From: Minutocellus sp. GHC0000111
Taxonomy: Eukaryota
NCBI GenBank assembly: GCA_977018835.1
Contig: OZ361260.1
Coordinates: 3,038,001-3,102,000, forward strand
Length of the DNA: 64,000 bases
Reading direction: 5' to 3'
Below, piece by piece: positions 36,979 through 50,080 of this stretch; position 1 is the first letter of the stretch; each line of letters starts with the position of its first letter. A program made the position numbers and the translations under genes. The notes beneath the pieces were generated by a model. The model was given only the letters and a program-made list of their open reading frames with translations. It searched no databases and was not told the origin of the DNA.

Positions 36979-38607
36979 ATGCTCGCACTGTCCTCGTCGA
37001 CCGTCCTCTTTCTGCTTGTGAACTCCTTCGTTGCCGGTCAGCACGCATCGTACTCCTTCGCAACAACCAGCAACACAAATCGGATAAGTGTTTCCAATAG
37101 CGCCGCCGCTGGTAATTCCGGTCGAAGAATAGCCGGATCTGCCTCCCCCGTCCACGCCGCCGTGAATAACAACCCTCTAACTGGGACACAGATGGCCGCG
37201 AAGCGCCGATCAGTCAACGGCAATACCGCCATCCGACCGCACAGCAGCAGCAGGAATAGCAATATGAATGGGCTCAAACAGACCGCCACGGCGCTGTCGG
37301 CCGACGGGGAATCTTCCGACTCGAACAACAACGACAGCAATGCCGCGGCCAAGGTCCCCCGCGGCGGAGAGGGAGCCACCGACGACACCCTCAAGGTCGC
37401 CCTGAGCGCCGTCCCGACCATCGGCGCCATCGCCGGCCTGACGTACGCCATCACCACCCTGCTCGCCCCCCAGACCTCCCCCGCCGCCATGTCGGCCAAG
37501 CTCGTGTTCGCCGGGGCCGTCGCCGGCATCATCAGCCGGACACTGTGCGCCCCCATCGAGATGGTCAGCACCGTCATGATGTGCCGCGGCGACGCCTGCC
37601 TTTCCATGCGCGACGAGCTCTCCCGCACGTGGCAGGCCGAGGGACTCCGCGGCATGTTCAAGGGCAACGGGGCCAACTGCCTCAAGGTCGCCCCGTCCCG
37701 CGGCACCCAATTCCTCGTGTACGAGTTCGTCAAGAAGATGCTCGTCACCCGCAACCTGGGCATGGACGTTGCCAAGAACTCCCTCCACGCCGGGTCCCGC
37801 CTCTTCGCCGGAGGCGTCGCCGGCATGGTCGCCGCCACCATCGTCTACCCCCTCGAGGTCGTCAAGACCATGCTCACCCTCTACCCCGAGGAGTGCACCT
37901 CCATCCCCGGTGCACTCAAGAAGGTATTCCGCACTGGTGGTGTCGGTGCTTTGTACCGTGGTTTGGGACCCACCCTCGTTGCCATGGTAAGTATATTTGA
38001 TAAATGTCATGACATGTTTTGTTTTTCGGTTAGATTCATTCGGTGTCAGGTTTGAATCTCTCCCGACCTCCACGTCTCAAAGCATATGCGTTGGTTTGTG
38101 CGTGCATGTTGTTCCACCTCGATCTTCCACTGCTGAACGAAATGCGATAATCGTATTCCTAACTCAACGGTGCTGTTTTTTTCATGACTCTTCCCCTCTA
38201 CTTCTCGATAATAGTTCCCATACGTCGGAGTTGAGTTCATGGTTTACGAGACCCTCAAGAAGCGATGGGAGGCCGCCTTCGGTCCTGCCGGCACCGTTGC
38301 CCTCCTAATCCTTGGCGCCCTGGGCGGTGCTGCCGCCCAGGCCTCGGCCCATCCCCTCGACGTCATCCGCCGCAGGATGCAGATGCAATCCATGAACAAG
38401 CAAAAGGGTGGAGACGATGACACCAAGGTCGCGACCAAGCCCTACTCGAACATGTTCACCGGCCTCTACCGCGTGGCCAAGGATGAGGGATGGCACGTTC
38501 TCTTCAACGGGTTGGGACCGGCCTGCCTGGAGAAGATTCCCAGTACCGCCTTTGGCTATTATATTTATGAAGGCATGAAGGTCGCTCTTGAAATTGCTTC
38601 GGTGTAA
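36979..38607 (+). CDS. Mitochondrial carrier family (SLC25) protein with N-terminal signal/transit extension
   Basis: Three PX[DE]XX[KR]-type motifs (PIEMVS, PLEVVK, PLDVIR), FKGNGANCLKVAP; intron 37987-38214. Confidence 0.92.
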
Positions 38608-39381
38608 TTTTGACCGACGTCTCTGACCGATATGATTTTTTGGAATGGGTTTTGATTGATATCGAGGGGTGTGTTGGTGACACTGGGTCAAGGAGTCCTT
38701 GGAGTTCCTTTCTCCTGAACAGCTAGGCCTTATACTAGCTGCGTCATCAGATGGAAGGTTCCAAGGACTAGCGAAATCTTTTGTCTGTGGATCTCACACA
38801 CTTCCTCAAGCCAGACTCTGGACTCGACGCGGTGGGAAATTGGTTCGAAGGAACACAGATCTACCGTGCAGTGACTTGGAAAAGGGCCTGTATTGATACA
38901 TAGGTGTGGATGGAACGAGGAGAAGCGGTGTAGTGACAAAAATGTCCCGCGTCTCCTCGCGCGTGTATATGAAAGATGCATCTGATATTCAGCTGCTAGC
39001 GAGAAAGATAGATTGAGGACGAAACGCATGTCAGAACGAAAACCACTAGATAGATATTCCGTTGCGTGTAAATTTGCTATTAGAAAATGCTGACTGCAGC
39101 TGCTCACAATATTTGAAGACTCTTTCTATATTATGAATTACCTCGTTCGTTATTATTAATTATGAGAGATACTACGATGCTTCCTCCCGCCGTTCTCAGA
39201 CCCGATAACGGCAATCTTGGCATGTAGTATGTGGTATGTTTTCTTTTGTTTCTTCTGTGTTATGACATCATTCTGAATTGCCACTCTTGGGCAAACATAT
39301 ATAAATAATTCTTGGCACCCTTTGACGGTGCCCTTTTATTATGAAAGACGAACAGCTTCCCGAGCCATCCGTTTCTTCCCT

Positions 39382-41402
39382 TTAGAAGCACGACGAACAG
39401 CAGTCGCACTCAATTTTGGGATCATTTCCAGCACAATCCGCAGTTAGAATGTTAAGTAGCCCATTGGGAACACGATTATCGCAGACAGACTGTGGCATTG
39501 AACCGCTGAAATCATTGCCACGGAAGGTAGCAGTGCCTATTATAATAATGTTGCAGTGAACCATGAAATGAATGTGGACTTGGTGAGGATACGGTACTAG
39601 AATACCCCAGAGAGAAAACAATCGAGGACAGCAAAAAAAAAACTCCTGTGGTACTTACGCAATTTTGTGAGCCGGCTAAAAGTGTCTGGAATCTTTCCTT
39701 CGAACTTGTTATCTTCAAACTCAACAAAGACCAGGTCGGTAAGCCGCCCAACCCTGTCACTCAGAGTTCCCTCCAGGCGATTTTCGTCAATATCTAGTAC
39801 CTTGAGAGTGTCAAGGTTGAAAAGATTGTCACTGATTGGACCAGAAAGCCTATTCTGATCCAGATCCAAGACCTGAAGGCTCTCTCCATTCCAGACTCCT
39901 GAACCCCACTCCTCCGGGATGGTGCCAGAAGTTCGGCCGCCTTCCAGAGTGAGATTTCTGAGCTTATTGAGGGCCAAAATTTCGGCGGGGAAAGTACCTC
40001 CAAGATCGTTGCCCTCAAAGCCAATGACAGAAATATCATTTCCAGTACACTTGCTGCCAGCCCAGTCGCACTCAGAACTGGCCGAGAGGTAGGGCTTCTT
40101 GCCAGGAAAGCCACTGTTTGGAGCGCCACAAGGAACATTCTAAATGGGAAAGAAAGAGAATAACAAATATGATGGTCAGAGGCGTGTTCATTTTCTAACC
40201 AAGCAAATGAATGTGACAGAAAGGGATAATTTCGCGCCAATATAAAGTATATCTCACCTGCAGCCTTCTTCCCTTGCTCTTATCATCGCGGCCACCCTTC
40301 TTGCTATTCTTCTTCTTCCTCTTGTCATTCTTGTTCTTGTTGTTCCGATCGCGGCTGTCGGAATTATTATCCCTCTTCCTCCGCCCCTTTTCAAGCTCCT
40401 TCTTGGCCTCCTCCCAGTCGCACTTTGTCTCAACGAAACAGTCAGCACGGCACTCAAGTTCTTTGGGCTCGTTACAGAGACGGTCTCCACCATTGTCCTT
40501 GCAGCACTTGTCACGGCAGTACTTGAGACAATTAGTCTCGCCTTCTTTGTCCTTGTTTCCGCCGCCGCCTGTGCGGGCGAGTTGTTCGTCGTTATCGTCA
40601 TCATCATCGCCCCGGGCGGAATTGTCTTCAAGGACGACAATAGCTGGCTCCTTCTCTTTGATAGCCACCTTGTCATTGTCATCCTCGGCCCTTACAGAAG
40701 CCGATCCGGCCGAGCATTCAGCCCATCGATCGCCATCGGTGGAGTAGTAGAACACGGCCATAATGTATCTTTGGATGAGATTGTCATCGTCGGGACAGAG
40801 CTGGGCCTCATCCTCGTTTGTGATCCAGTTCAACGCCCTACCCTGCGGGCTGCGATCGTCGGCGATATTCTGGCGAGAGGAGACTCCTGATGCGGTGATC
40901 TCGTCGAGGATGCGACGCTGCCTCTGTCGTTCCGTAAGTCCATTGCAGACTGGGGATTGGGGAAAGTTTTACAACATGGCAAGGAAAATCAGAGAAGAAC
41001 AAAGTCAGCGATACGAGTGTGACATAAGAAAAAAAATGGCAATGCAATCCAGCCTCAAAAACACCAAAGAGGGGGAAATCAGCGATGCTACTCACCAGTA
41101 GGCCCGGGTGATGGGGCAGGTCCAGGTCCAGGAGAAGGTGGAAGACTACCACCCTTCTTTTCCTTGAGGTATCGGTCCCAGTAGGCCAGATCTTCCAGGG
41201 CGAGCACGTCCTCATCCGTTGCGGCCTGTTTGTCACCCCAAATCGAGAAACGATTCTTCCCACGGAGCTGACGAGCACCAGTCGTTGAGGTTTTGCCATC
41301 GTCATGATGAAAGGCGGCATCGACGGTAGCAGGGACGAGGATGACCATCGCCGCTGCCACGACAAGGGCCAAAGCAGTGCCGTGTTGTCTCATGATTTTC
41401 AT
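39382..41402 (-). CDS. Secreted LRR protein with Cys-rich/charged insertion
   Basis: Signal peptide, [18 protein letters not shown] cap, LRRs, [13 protein letters not shown]; three GT-AG introns (~40952-41096, ~40141-40257, ~39538-39658). Confidence 0.85.
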
Positions 41403-41904
41403 GGAATGCAGTCTTTATTGTTCTCTCAACTAACACGAATAGGTTCAGAAAAGTATCACGATCAGAGTTGAGTTGGAGAAACTTGCGATTCCCAATGGAT
41501 ATCAGTAGCCGAATAGAACAGAATTCGCGGAGAGTGTTTGGAAGCGAGTGATGGTTGTGATGGTTGGCCCGAGTTGAGGCACGTTTGTACAGGTAATTGC
41601 CCCGGAGAACGAGGAGGATAAGCCCAACAAAAGAATGGAAGAGGGCACCAAGTCCAGGAATTTCGACGGTTTGGGCCATTCAACGGCCGCTCTCAAAGCG
41701 CCCCAACTGCTCTGTGTGATCAACCGATAACATGTCGATGGTTGTCATGGACGTTTGATGGCGCATTGCAGGAAAGCGCGGCCTGCTCGCTTTCAACCGA
41801 TGGAACTCAATCTCTAAAGTACACGAGCCTTTCTAAAACCATACGAAGGCTTTTGTACTTTAAAGCGGTGGCTAATGACTGGATGACCGCCCTCATTTTC
41901 AACC

Positions 41905-43473
41905 ATGACGGAGGTGGATGACAACGCTAGCGGCCGCGGCCTTGGCGGCAACCTATCGCCACCAACATGCAGCAGTATCGGCCAAAGCAGTCACGATATA
42001 GACAGCACTGAAATGACCGGCAGAAGTGGGCCATGCCCAAGAAGAACAAAAAGAAGTGCCACCGAATCGAAAAGTGGCACAAGCAAATCTGGATCTTTGG
42101 TACGTGACAGAATGACCAGCATGGGTGGCAACTCTGAGAGTAGTGACGAGCACCAGAACAAGCCCACTGACCTACCATCGATGCAGCCATATGATAGAAG
42201 GTTGAAATTGCCCACGATACCTGAATATGGCGATCAGCTTACCGGTAGTAGCAGTAGTGGGAGGAAACGCCGAAGAAACAACAATGCCAATCACAAGGGC
42301 ATCAGTAGCGGCAGCGGAAGAAGTCGGCAGAGAAGGAGGACCCTCGCCACATCGACCCTTGCCTTCTGTGCCGCCCTCATTGGGGTCATCAACCTGGGCA
42401 GCGGGGGTGGCCACTACCATGGCGGCCGAGATGGGTTCCTTCTTCGCGGTAGTTACAGCCCTGATTTGGTGGGGAGTGGCGCCAATCCCCTCTCAAGAAG
42501 AGATGTTCGGCGGATCCTTGCGGCCATTGAAGATTCTGACGGTGATGCATCATCTGCTGAAGATGTTGGTGATCGCGCACATCGGTCCCTTTCCTCTACG
42601 CCGTCCGAAAATGTAGCTGATGGCCAGCACCGGACTCTTGCTGGCATCGACGACGAGCGCCTCCTTCAGGCGTTCTCTCCTGACGAATATCGGCTGTTAC
42701 AGGCCGCGACGCAGACGGCCGAGTACAAGAAGAATCCCGTCGGCGTCATGACGATGTTATTGCAACATCTCAAACAAGTCAAAGATGTGGCGAAGGTGAC
42801 TGGAAGCAATGATGAAGGCGCCGGAGAGACGAAGGAGGGAGAGAACACAAGCGAAGGAGCAGGTAGTGATGAAAACGAAGACAATGGGGATGAAAAAGAC
42901 AAGGACAAGTCTCAGTACTCTGATCGAATGACCGAAGTTATTGATCATTTGTATAGAAAGGCAACAGAGTACGAGCTCCGAAAGAAGAACGGTGTACCCA
43001 ACCCCCCACCCGTCCCAGCTTACCTCGAACTGTTCGAGCATTATGGTTTCAAGTTCGATGGTCTCGTATCGACTCTACTCAAAGCCCGAGACTCAGATCT
43101 GCTCAAGAAGACGCGAGAGTTGCGCTATCCGGAAAAGTTTACCTGCACCGACATCGACGAGGAGACGGGCAAGCCGATCAAAAAGATTCGGAAACCTGGC
43201 GAGGCTGATGAGTGTTATATGAAACTGATGCCATCGGTGGAGATACTGGACGATGATCCCGATGAGAAGGAGCGGCGTAGCATCATGGATCGGTTCAACA
43301 TGGTCCACACAGCAGTCAAAGAACGAATGGATGATGATCGAAGGGAGGAGATGAAGCGGAGGGCGGAGGAGATGAGAGAGTCAGAGAAGCGACGACAGGA
43401 ACGGGAGGACAAGGAGAAGATGGAGAAAGAGGCCCGAGAGCGTGAGGAGGCCCGCAAGGCACAGGGGTGGTAG
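41905..43473 (+). CDS. Hypothetical type II membrane protein with charged C-terminal coiled coil
   Basis: 522-aa ORF; TM segment TLAFCAALIGVINL after an Arg-rich patch. Confidence 0.7.
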   Translation: MTEVDDNASGRGLGGNLSPPTCSSIGQSSHDIDSTEMTGRSGPCPRRTKRSATESKSGTSKSGSLVRDRMTSMGGNSESSDEHQNKPTDLPSMQPYDRRLKLPTIPEYGDQLTGSSSSGRKRRRNNNANHKGISSGSGRSRQRRRTLATSTLAFCAALIGVINLGSGGGHYHGGRDGFLLRGSYSPDLVGSGANPLSRRDVRRILAAIEDSDGDASSAEDVGDRAHRSLSSTPSENVADGQHRTLAGIDDERLLQAFSPDEYRLLQAATQTAEYKKNPVGVMTMLLQHLKQVKDVAKVTGSNDEGAGETKEGENTSEGAGSDENEDNGDEKDKDKSQYSDRMTEVIDHLYRKATEYELRKKNGVPNPPPVPAYLELFEHYGFKFDGLVSTLLKARDSDLLKKTRELRYPEKFTCTDIDEETGKPIKKIRKPGEADECYMKLMPSVEILDDDPDEKERRSIMDRFNMVHTAVKERMDDDRREEMKRRAEEMRESEKRRQEREDKEKMEKEAREREEARKAQGW

Positions 43474-44040
43474 CGAATGAAGAGAACTCGCATATATACT
43501 AGTGAAGTAATAATTTCAATTGAATCCTTGAGTTTCATATTAAAAACCGATTTGCATACGTCGTGCAATGCCACGTTTCTAGATCGAAATGAGGGTGCAC
43601 TGATACGATGTTCCAAAAAAAGTAGAGCGATGTCCAGCAAACTGATCCAAATTGTTGAGACGAAATTCGCGCTCTTTGGCGGCCTCATCCTTTTCCTAGC
43701 AAATGGTGGTGGATATCTGGAAAGAATCTCTCCAGAAGCAACTACTTGTACTAGTACTTTTCGAGGAATCTAATGCAGCACTTGCCTTATACACACAGAC
43801 TAAACCTACCTACAACGAATTCATCAAAAATTACGATAAATTCATCAGACACACATGTCACGTATACTAAATTGAAATCAACTTTGAGATACGAAATTGA
43901 TAAATCATAAATGTATTATTCGGCTTTATCTTCTATAATCTACCAGTAGGAATTCCTACTTGCTGTAAACACTGTCCGGTCGTACGGACTATCAGCCAGT
44001 GCGCCAGTAGATCTACTCGCTCATATATATTATGAGCAAT

Positions 44041-44715
44041 TTAGTTCTTATTCCTCACCACGGCCGGGACAGGGATCATCTCCATTTTGGCCTGGGGCTC
44101 AAAGATACCCTTGCCAGACGAGCAGCACATCTTCTTGAAGCCCAGATCGCAGCACACCTGAGGCCGGGCGCAGTCGTAGTTGGACTCGCAGGTCGACTCG
44201 CCAAGCAACGACTTGGCCATGGTGGCGAAGATATTGTCCTGCTGTTGCTGCTGTCTTCCAGCGCCTGGCGATAATCGGTTCTGCTCAGAGGCGGCGGAGG
44301 CAGCCCGCGATTGGCGCATTTCCTCGGCCTTGAGGGCCTGCTCTCCCTCCATGGCTCGTACTTGGATTTGCAGGTCCACAAATTCTTGTTCCGTCATGGG
44401 CTTGAGACCGAATTTCTTCCTGCTCATATTTTTCAGCTCAAAGGCCCTCTGGTCGAAGGTTTGGCCATCGTTGTCGTGGGTGGCATGAAGGGCGGTCAGT
44501 GCCGGCGTTGATCCTCCCGCCGACGACGAGGTGGTTACAGTTGGATGGTGGCGGTGGTGGTCATGGGGGACATTTATGGCCGAATTCCGATTGTGATGAG
44601 AACCTGCTGCTCCACCACCAGTCGAGAATGCCGACGAAGGGGAGGAAACGACGGCCACAGCCGCTGCGGCGACAAACAGAGAGCGCTTTCTCATGGTAGT
44701 CCTGTTGGATGTCAT
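44041..44715 (-). CDS. Hypothetical, probably plastid-targeted protein with C-terminal Cys cluster
   Basis: Signal peptide ending SSAF; CESNYDC.RPQVCCDLGFKKMCC. Confidence 0.7.
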   Translation of the reverse strand: MTSNRTTMRKRSLFVAAAAVAVVSSPSSAFSTGGGAAGSHHNRNSAINVPHDHHRHHPTVTTSSSAGGSTPALTALHATHDNDGQTFDQRAFELKNMSRKKFGLKPMTEQEFVDLQIQVRAMEGEQALKAEEMRQSRAASAASEQNRLSPGAGRQQQQQDNIFATMAKSLLGESTCESNYDCARPQVCCDLGFKKMCCSSGKGIFEPQAKMEMIPVPAVVRNKN

Positions 44716-45621
44716 GGTTAGGTTTTGGTTTGCGGTTGCTTTGAACGGTTGGATCAAGTGAATTGTGATGGAATGATACGATACGTGCCAATGCCGCGGA
44801 AGTTTGACGCAGAACAAAACAACGCAGAGTTCTGCAGAACTCCTGCGTCAACCCAACACATCACGAGATCACGAGTAGATGAGTCATTCGATTGAGTCAG
44901 TGAGATTGAAAAGTTTCAGGTGATTCCTCAAAATTTCGCAACTTACTTCGATTTCCCCCCAAAACCAAATTCTACCTGCTTACTAAGAAACACGCTTTCC
45001 GGGTTATGCACATACTAGTAGCTCATAACCTGTTTCCCGCTCTTTTTCGTTTTTCATACGAAAACGAGATGTGAGTGGAACGATGGCCGAGTTGCCGGCT
45101 AGTGGAGGTAGATTTTATCGACCGACCATGTCAGTGAACGCTGGGGGACCTTTCCGTTGGTGCATGCGAGCGTTGAAGTGCTGCAGGAGTTGTAGCAGAT
45201 GGAGAGAAAACGCAGCACATCCTCGGCTGGTGATCTGCCTCTCGGGACCTCACCTCCGATTGGAAACACCGGCGGAGCAGACACGTGTGTAGCCGTGAGA
45301 CAACGCGTAGTGTGGGGCGGCAGATCTCAGTCAAGCAATCAGGCAGCGCTAATACTGGTGGATTTTCAACAGGAACTGGTGTATTTGGGTGGCTTCAAGG
45401 TTGGGCTATCCGTCACATTTCATTTCCATCGGACCGACACCTCGATCTTCATCCTGGCAGTGCTTTGGTTATGAGCTGCGAAAGAGATGTCAGTGATACA
45501 CGACAATGGCTACATTTGCCGCCCAAAACACATTATTCTCACTTCCAACATCTTTCCATTCTTTTCTTCCAATACCCCAACAGTCTGTATTAGTATATTT
45601 TCGTATCAAAACTTTTTCATC

Positions 45622-46206
45622 ATGACCCGTTACGCTGTCGAGCCCGATGCCGCTGTCGCCCACTCCAAGACCCGCGGATCCCACCTCCGTGTGCACTTCA
45701 AGCACTGCCGTGAGATCGCTCACCACATCAACGGCATGCCCGTCAACAAGGCCATGAAGTTCCTCGAGGACGTCCTCGCCTTCAAGGCCGTCGTCCCCTT
45801 CGTCAAGTACACCGGTGGCATCGGCCGCAAGGCCCAGGCCAAGCAGTCCAAGACCCCCGGCTCCAAGGGTAGGTGGCCCGTCAAGGCCACGGCCGTCATC
45901 AAGGACATGCTCACCAACGCCATCGCCAACGCTGAGACCAAGGGTCTCGACGTTGACACCCTCTACGTCTCCCATGCCCAGTGCAACAAGGCCCCCGCCG
46001 GCCGCAGGCGAACCTACCGTGCCCACGGCCGCATCGGCAAGTACGCCAGCCATCCCGCCCACGTTGAGTTCATCCTCAGCGAGAAGAAGAAGGGAGTTGA
46101 CAAGGCCGATGAGGAGACCGAGGCAGGAGAGGGCGCCACCGGAAAGCGCATCAGCCGCAAGCAGGCCGCCAAGAAGCGTTTCGTTGCCATCGGTGGTGAG
46201 AACTAA
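45622..46206 (+). CDS. RPL17: 60S ribosomal protein L17 (uL22), native copy
   Basis: RGSHLRVHFK, GRWPVK, RRTYRAHGRI intact; strong codon bias. Confidence 0.97.
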   Translation: MTRYAVEPDAAVAHSKTRGSHLRVHFKHCREIAHHINGMPVNKAMKFLEDVLAFKAVVPFVKYTGGIGRKAQAKQSKTPGSKGRWPVKATAVIKDMLTNAIANAETKGLDVDTLYVSHAQCNKAPAGRRRTYRAHGRIGKYASHPAHVEFILSEKKKGVDKADEETEAGEGATGKRISRKQAAKKRFVAIGGEN

Positions 46207-46573
46207 GTCGCTACTCGGAGAAAGAAAAAGAAAAATATGCACAATCCCCCCTTTCATTCAATCTCTTGTTTTGATCTGATCCGTACCTAAGTTGGTCGAT
46301 AGTGTAAACATAAGGTTGATGTCAGAACCAAATTTATGCCAATACCGGTATGCATTTACATCAAGATTACTGTTACCGGTATTTATTTAAATCGTTGCTT
46401 GAAGAGAGGGGAGGTCAGTCAGGAATTCGGCGGTGGCAGCAGCGCAGCAGCCAGTCAGTTCGGCTAGCTAGTCTAGAAGAAGCGCAGCTCAACATATCGG
46501 TAGATCATGATCTACTTGTGTAATCTCCTGACTGATTCGAAAATACCATCTTTCTATTGAGATGAAATGAGTA

Positions 46574-49500
46574 CCTTTCGAGTTCAGAGGATTTGAAAGT
46601 GACGTGATGATGACGTATTAGAAACACGACCACACCAGACCAAAAATCCAAGCTCACTTTTTCTAACTCCGAGGAATAAATGACGGCCAAGATGGAAGTC
46701 GGGGCAAGAGCCAAGTTATGGTCACCAACTTCTACATATAGTCGAGAGATATTGTGCACCAGAACCAATAAATGTACATTATGTGATGATTTTTTTCGAC
46801 ATTTGCATTCATTCCTCACCCCGGGAAAAAACACATGTTTTTGGAAGCACCAAATCAAAATGTAATGAATAGAAATGGACATGCTATGATAAGTTATAGC
46901 AAATCAATGACTCCATCGTCTTCATCATTTTCATCTATGTCGTCCTCAATGTCATCATCTTCGCCGGGAGCATCAATTGGCCAGAGTGGTTCACCATCCT
47001 CTTCAGCTTCTTCCTCGGCAATTTTTGCGAGAGACTAGCCTTTCCCCGTCTGGTCTCCACAAGATTGTTACCGCCACGACTTCTCTTGATGTTGTTATAT
47101 ATCACTGGAAGTTTTCCAAATTCATTGAGAAAGGCCTCTTTTGATGCGACATTGGCCCATACTTTCATCACAGTCTTGTCAAGAGCATTCGCATCATTCT
47201 TCTGACCGCGATGCTCCTCCTTTTCGACGGCCGACTGCAAAGACATCCAGATGCCGAGATCAAGAACATTTGTTTCGGGCGACCGAGGAACCTGCTGGAT
47301 TATCTCAATCTTATATTTGTTTTTGAGGTCCTCGGTGTACTTCTCAACTGCTTCATTGGACCCATGACCGCCGGCATTGTCCATCATAAGATACATGACA
47401 TCATCAGACTCCTGAATATTTTGTGGATCCCACTTCACCCAATGATGTGCGTCTCGAATCGCCTTCCCGACCTCATTCATAGTCTCCAACATCCATTTGG
47501 AGTCGCAGCTACAGTCCTTGGTAACCTTATCGCCCCGTTGATACCGCACCCCGAGCTCAAGGTCGTCGATCTCAACCTTCACCTTCTCTCCATCATTGCC
47601 ATCCATCAGGAGTGTGTCGCTTGAGACTCGAGATCTTTTGATTGTAGCCAACAGCGGCATGCTTGCGACTTTTTGCCTGACCGTCGGATTTATAGTCCTC
47701 GTATTGAAGTTCCAATTGCTCTGTAACAAACTCAGAAAGGCCGTAGATTTCGGCAATGTGGTCGCAAAGATGGCCGGCGGTCATGTCAGCACTCTCTCGT
47801 CGTAAATGTCGCGCCAATCTTTGTCATTTTTTAGCGCATCGTTGACCTTAGCATCTGGAGAGAAATTCTGATTACGCGTAAGCTTTTCCACCTTCTGCTC
47901 CCTGGCGACTCTCTTGATCATGATGCGCCCATTGAAATCAACGTCTTTGGTTTCATCCTTCATTGGTCGGCCAACAACTCCAAGACACATGACTTTGACA
48001 GGGTGTCTTCTGGATCGAATTTTCGGGCTTGCCTCGGAAGCATGGATAGACGCGAGGTTCGGACTGCTTAGTTCTTCGTCAGAAAGTGGCAACATCTTGA
48101 TCTTTCGTCGCCGAGTAGCAGTGTAAAACCACTTTTCATCAAGATGCGCTACAGGAATGTTGGGATCGGTCGTAATGTCCTCCCACTTTTCGATCCAATC
48201 AAGTCGCTTCCCACAACATTCGGGGGTGAGCCTCGGCTTCTCGATCGACGACTTCTCCTCACCGCCTTGCTTTTTCCACCAGCGAAAAAGCTGAAGACGA
48301 TGGAGACTAATTGTCAGCCTATCTTCATCTGGAGTAGCTGATTTTCCGCTCATGCAGTCAGCTAGCTCCTTAAAGGTTGCCATCGCACCCTTCATCCGAG
48401 CAGCACACCGACGACACAGCTCGCGGAGACATCCTGGCTCCTTCTCCTCGATCATGTCCGTGCATGCCTTCCTTCCACGAACCTCCTTTCTGCCGATGGG
48501 ATTGCTGACGCCATCAGCAAGGCTTTTGTAGAGCTGGTCTCTCCACTTGTAAAGCTGAGAACCACCGGTTGACTTGGCATGGCCGTGATCGTGCGCAACT
48601 TGCCGACACGCGGCAGTTGCAATTTGTTGCCGGTCTTCATGCGTGCGAGTTGGGTCGCCGCATCCCCACCAATCCGCGAGAGCCACGGCGTTGAGCCGCA
48701 TTCTTTCATTCGCCTGCTTTTCTTTTCTGATTGGTGTTGGTTCGGTGACGGTTGCATTGGGACGAGGAGGACGGAGCATGTCATCGTTGGCCATCCGAAC
48801 AACAAAGTCGAGGCCGAGAGCGACCTTTGCCTGTTCATCAATGTCACTGGAGGTGGCACAGACAACGGAAGTGTCGGCTCCTCCTAAACCTTCATCATTT
48901 GGGGAGGCTGCAGCTGCTTCAGTGGCGGAAGCATCACCAGTTCCCTTCAGCATGCTGAGGAGACTTGCTGGCATCCAACCCAGTTTCTTGGCCTCGTCGA
49001 CTAGTGATTTTGCTCTTGCTTCGCAACGCGCTGACTGTGCCTCCTTTCTGTGAGCTGACAACCTCTCACCTAGCTTAGTAGCTAAGACAGTCGAGCGCCC
49101 AGAGAACAGAACTTCATCGGGATTTCTTTTCTCGTGCACCTTCTGTCCCTCCGGTCCAGAGAATTTCGGGTGGTTGTCCTCCTTCTTTTTGCGCGCAACC
49201 TGTGAGCACAAACACAAAGCGCCCTGCGTCTTGTCTTCCCTCTCGGCCGACACGTCGATCGACAAGTGCAACTTCAAACTACACAATGCTCCTTGAGAGA
49301 TGTTGCTGCACATCCTTCCATTTTTCCTCGTTGTGCTGTAGCTCATTGTTTCCTCCACCGACGGACTTGGAACGCAACAAGTCGGCCTCGATGAAAGCAG
49401 CAGGGAGGACGTCTTCCCATCATTTCTGCCTGCCGAGAACCAACACAAATGTCATCTTTGCCGCAGGAATCGGGGGTTGCTCTCTCCACCACAGATCCTT

Positions 49501-50080
49501 ACCAGCCCTTCGAATGACATCTGCTGCAAGGAGAAAGGCCATGGGGATGGGAGGAGGAGGGGCCGTCCTCTTCTTCGCCGACGACGGTGACGGTTTGGCG
49601 GGCGAATTTGACCGTGGCCGCTTCTTCGACGTGTTTGCGCTCGGCGATGGTGTGTTTTCGGCTCAGCTGCCGCCTTTGCCGCCTTCCTGGATGCCTTGAT
49701 GGTGTTGCCTCTCTTGCTCCCTGAGAACGAAGTTCTGCTGCGTTTGCATTTTTTGGGCGTGGTCTGGTTGGTGGTCGTCGTCATCGTCACAAAATTTGCG
49801 GGTTGCGGTGAGGGTGTGCGGGGGACCAAAAAACACACATGTGTTCCTGCCAGAATCTACTGGACCTGCGAATTCAGTGGACACTGCTGGTCGTCGGTGG
49901 CAACCTACTGAATGAGCAGGTCCAGCAGACATCCACGAGTTGAGGAGTGTTTGCGTTCCTCCCGAAGAGAGCATCGACTAACAACAAAACACGTTGTGGG
50001 AAATGAGAAATGGGTGCAAGAATGACCTTTTTTAGGGGTTATTGGCACACCCTCTCTACAAATCCTCTGAAACCGAAAGG
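46574..50080 (-). mobile_element. DD39D mariner-type transposon, copy B, degenerate
   Basis: TIRs at 46574-46595 and 50059-50080; TA at 46572-46573; inverted homolog of 7119-10571. Confidence 0.93.
46894..49784 (-). pseudogene. DD39D transposase pseudogene (copy B)
   Basis: ORF fragments 49452-49838, 47781-49448, 47593-47817 and 46935-47756 carry DEKWF, MDNAGGH and NVLDLG; many small indels. Confidence 0.9.
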
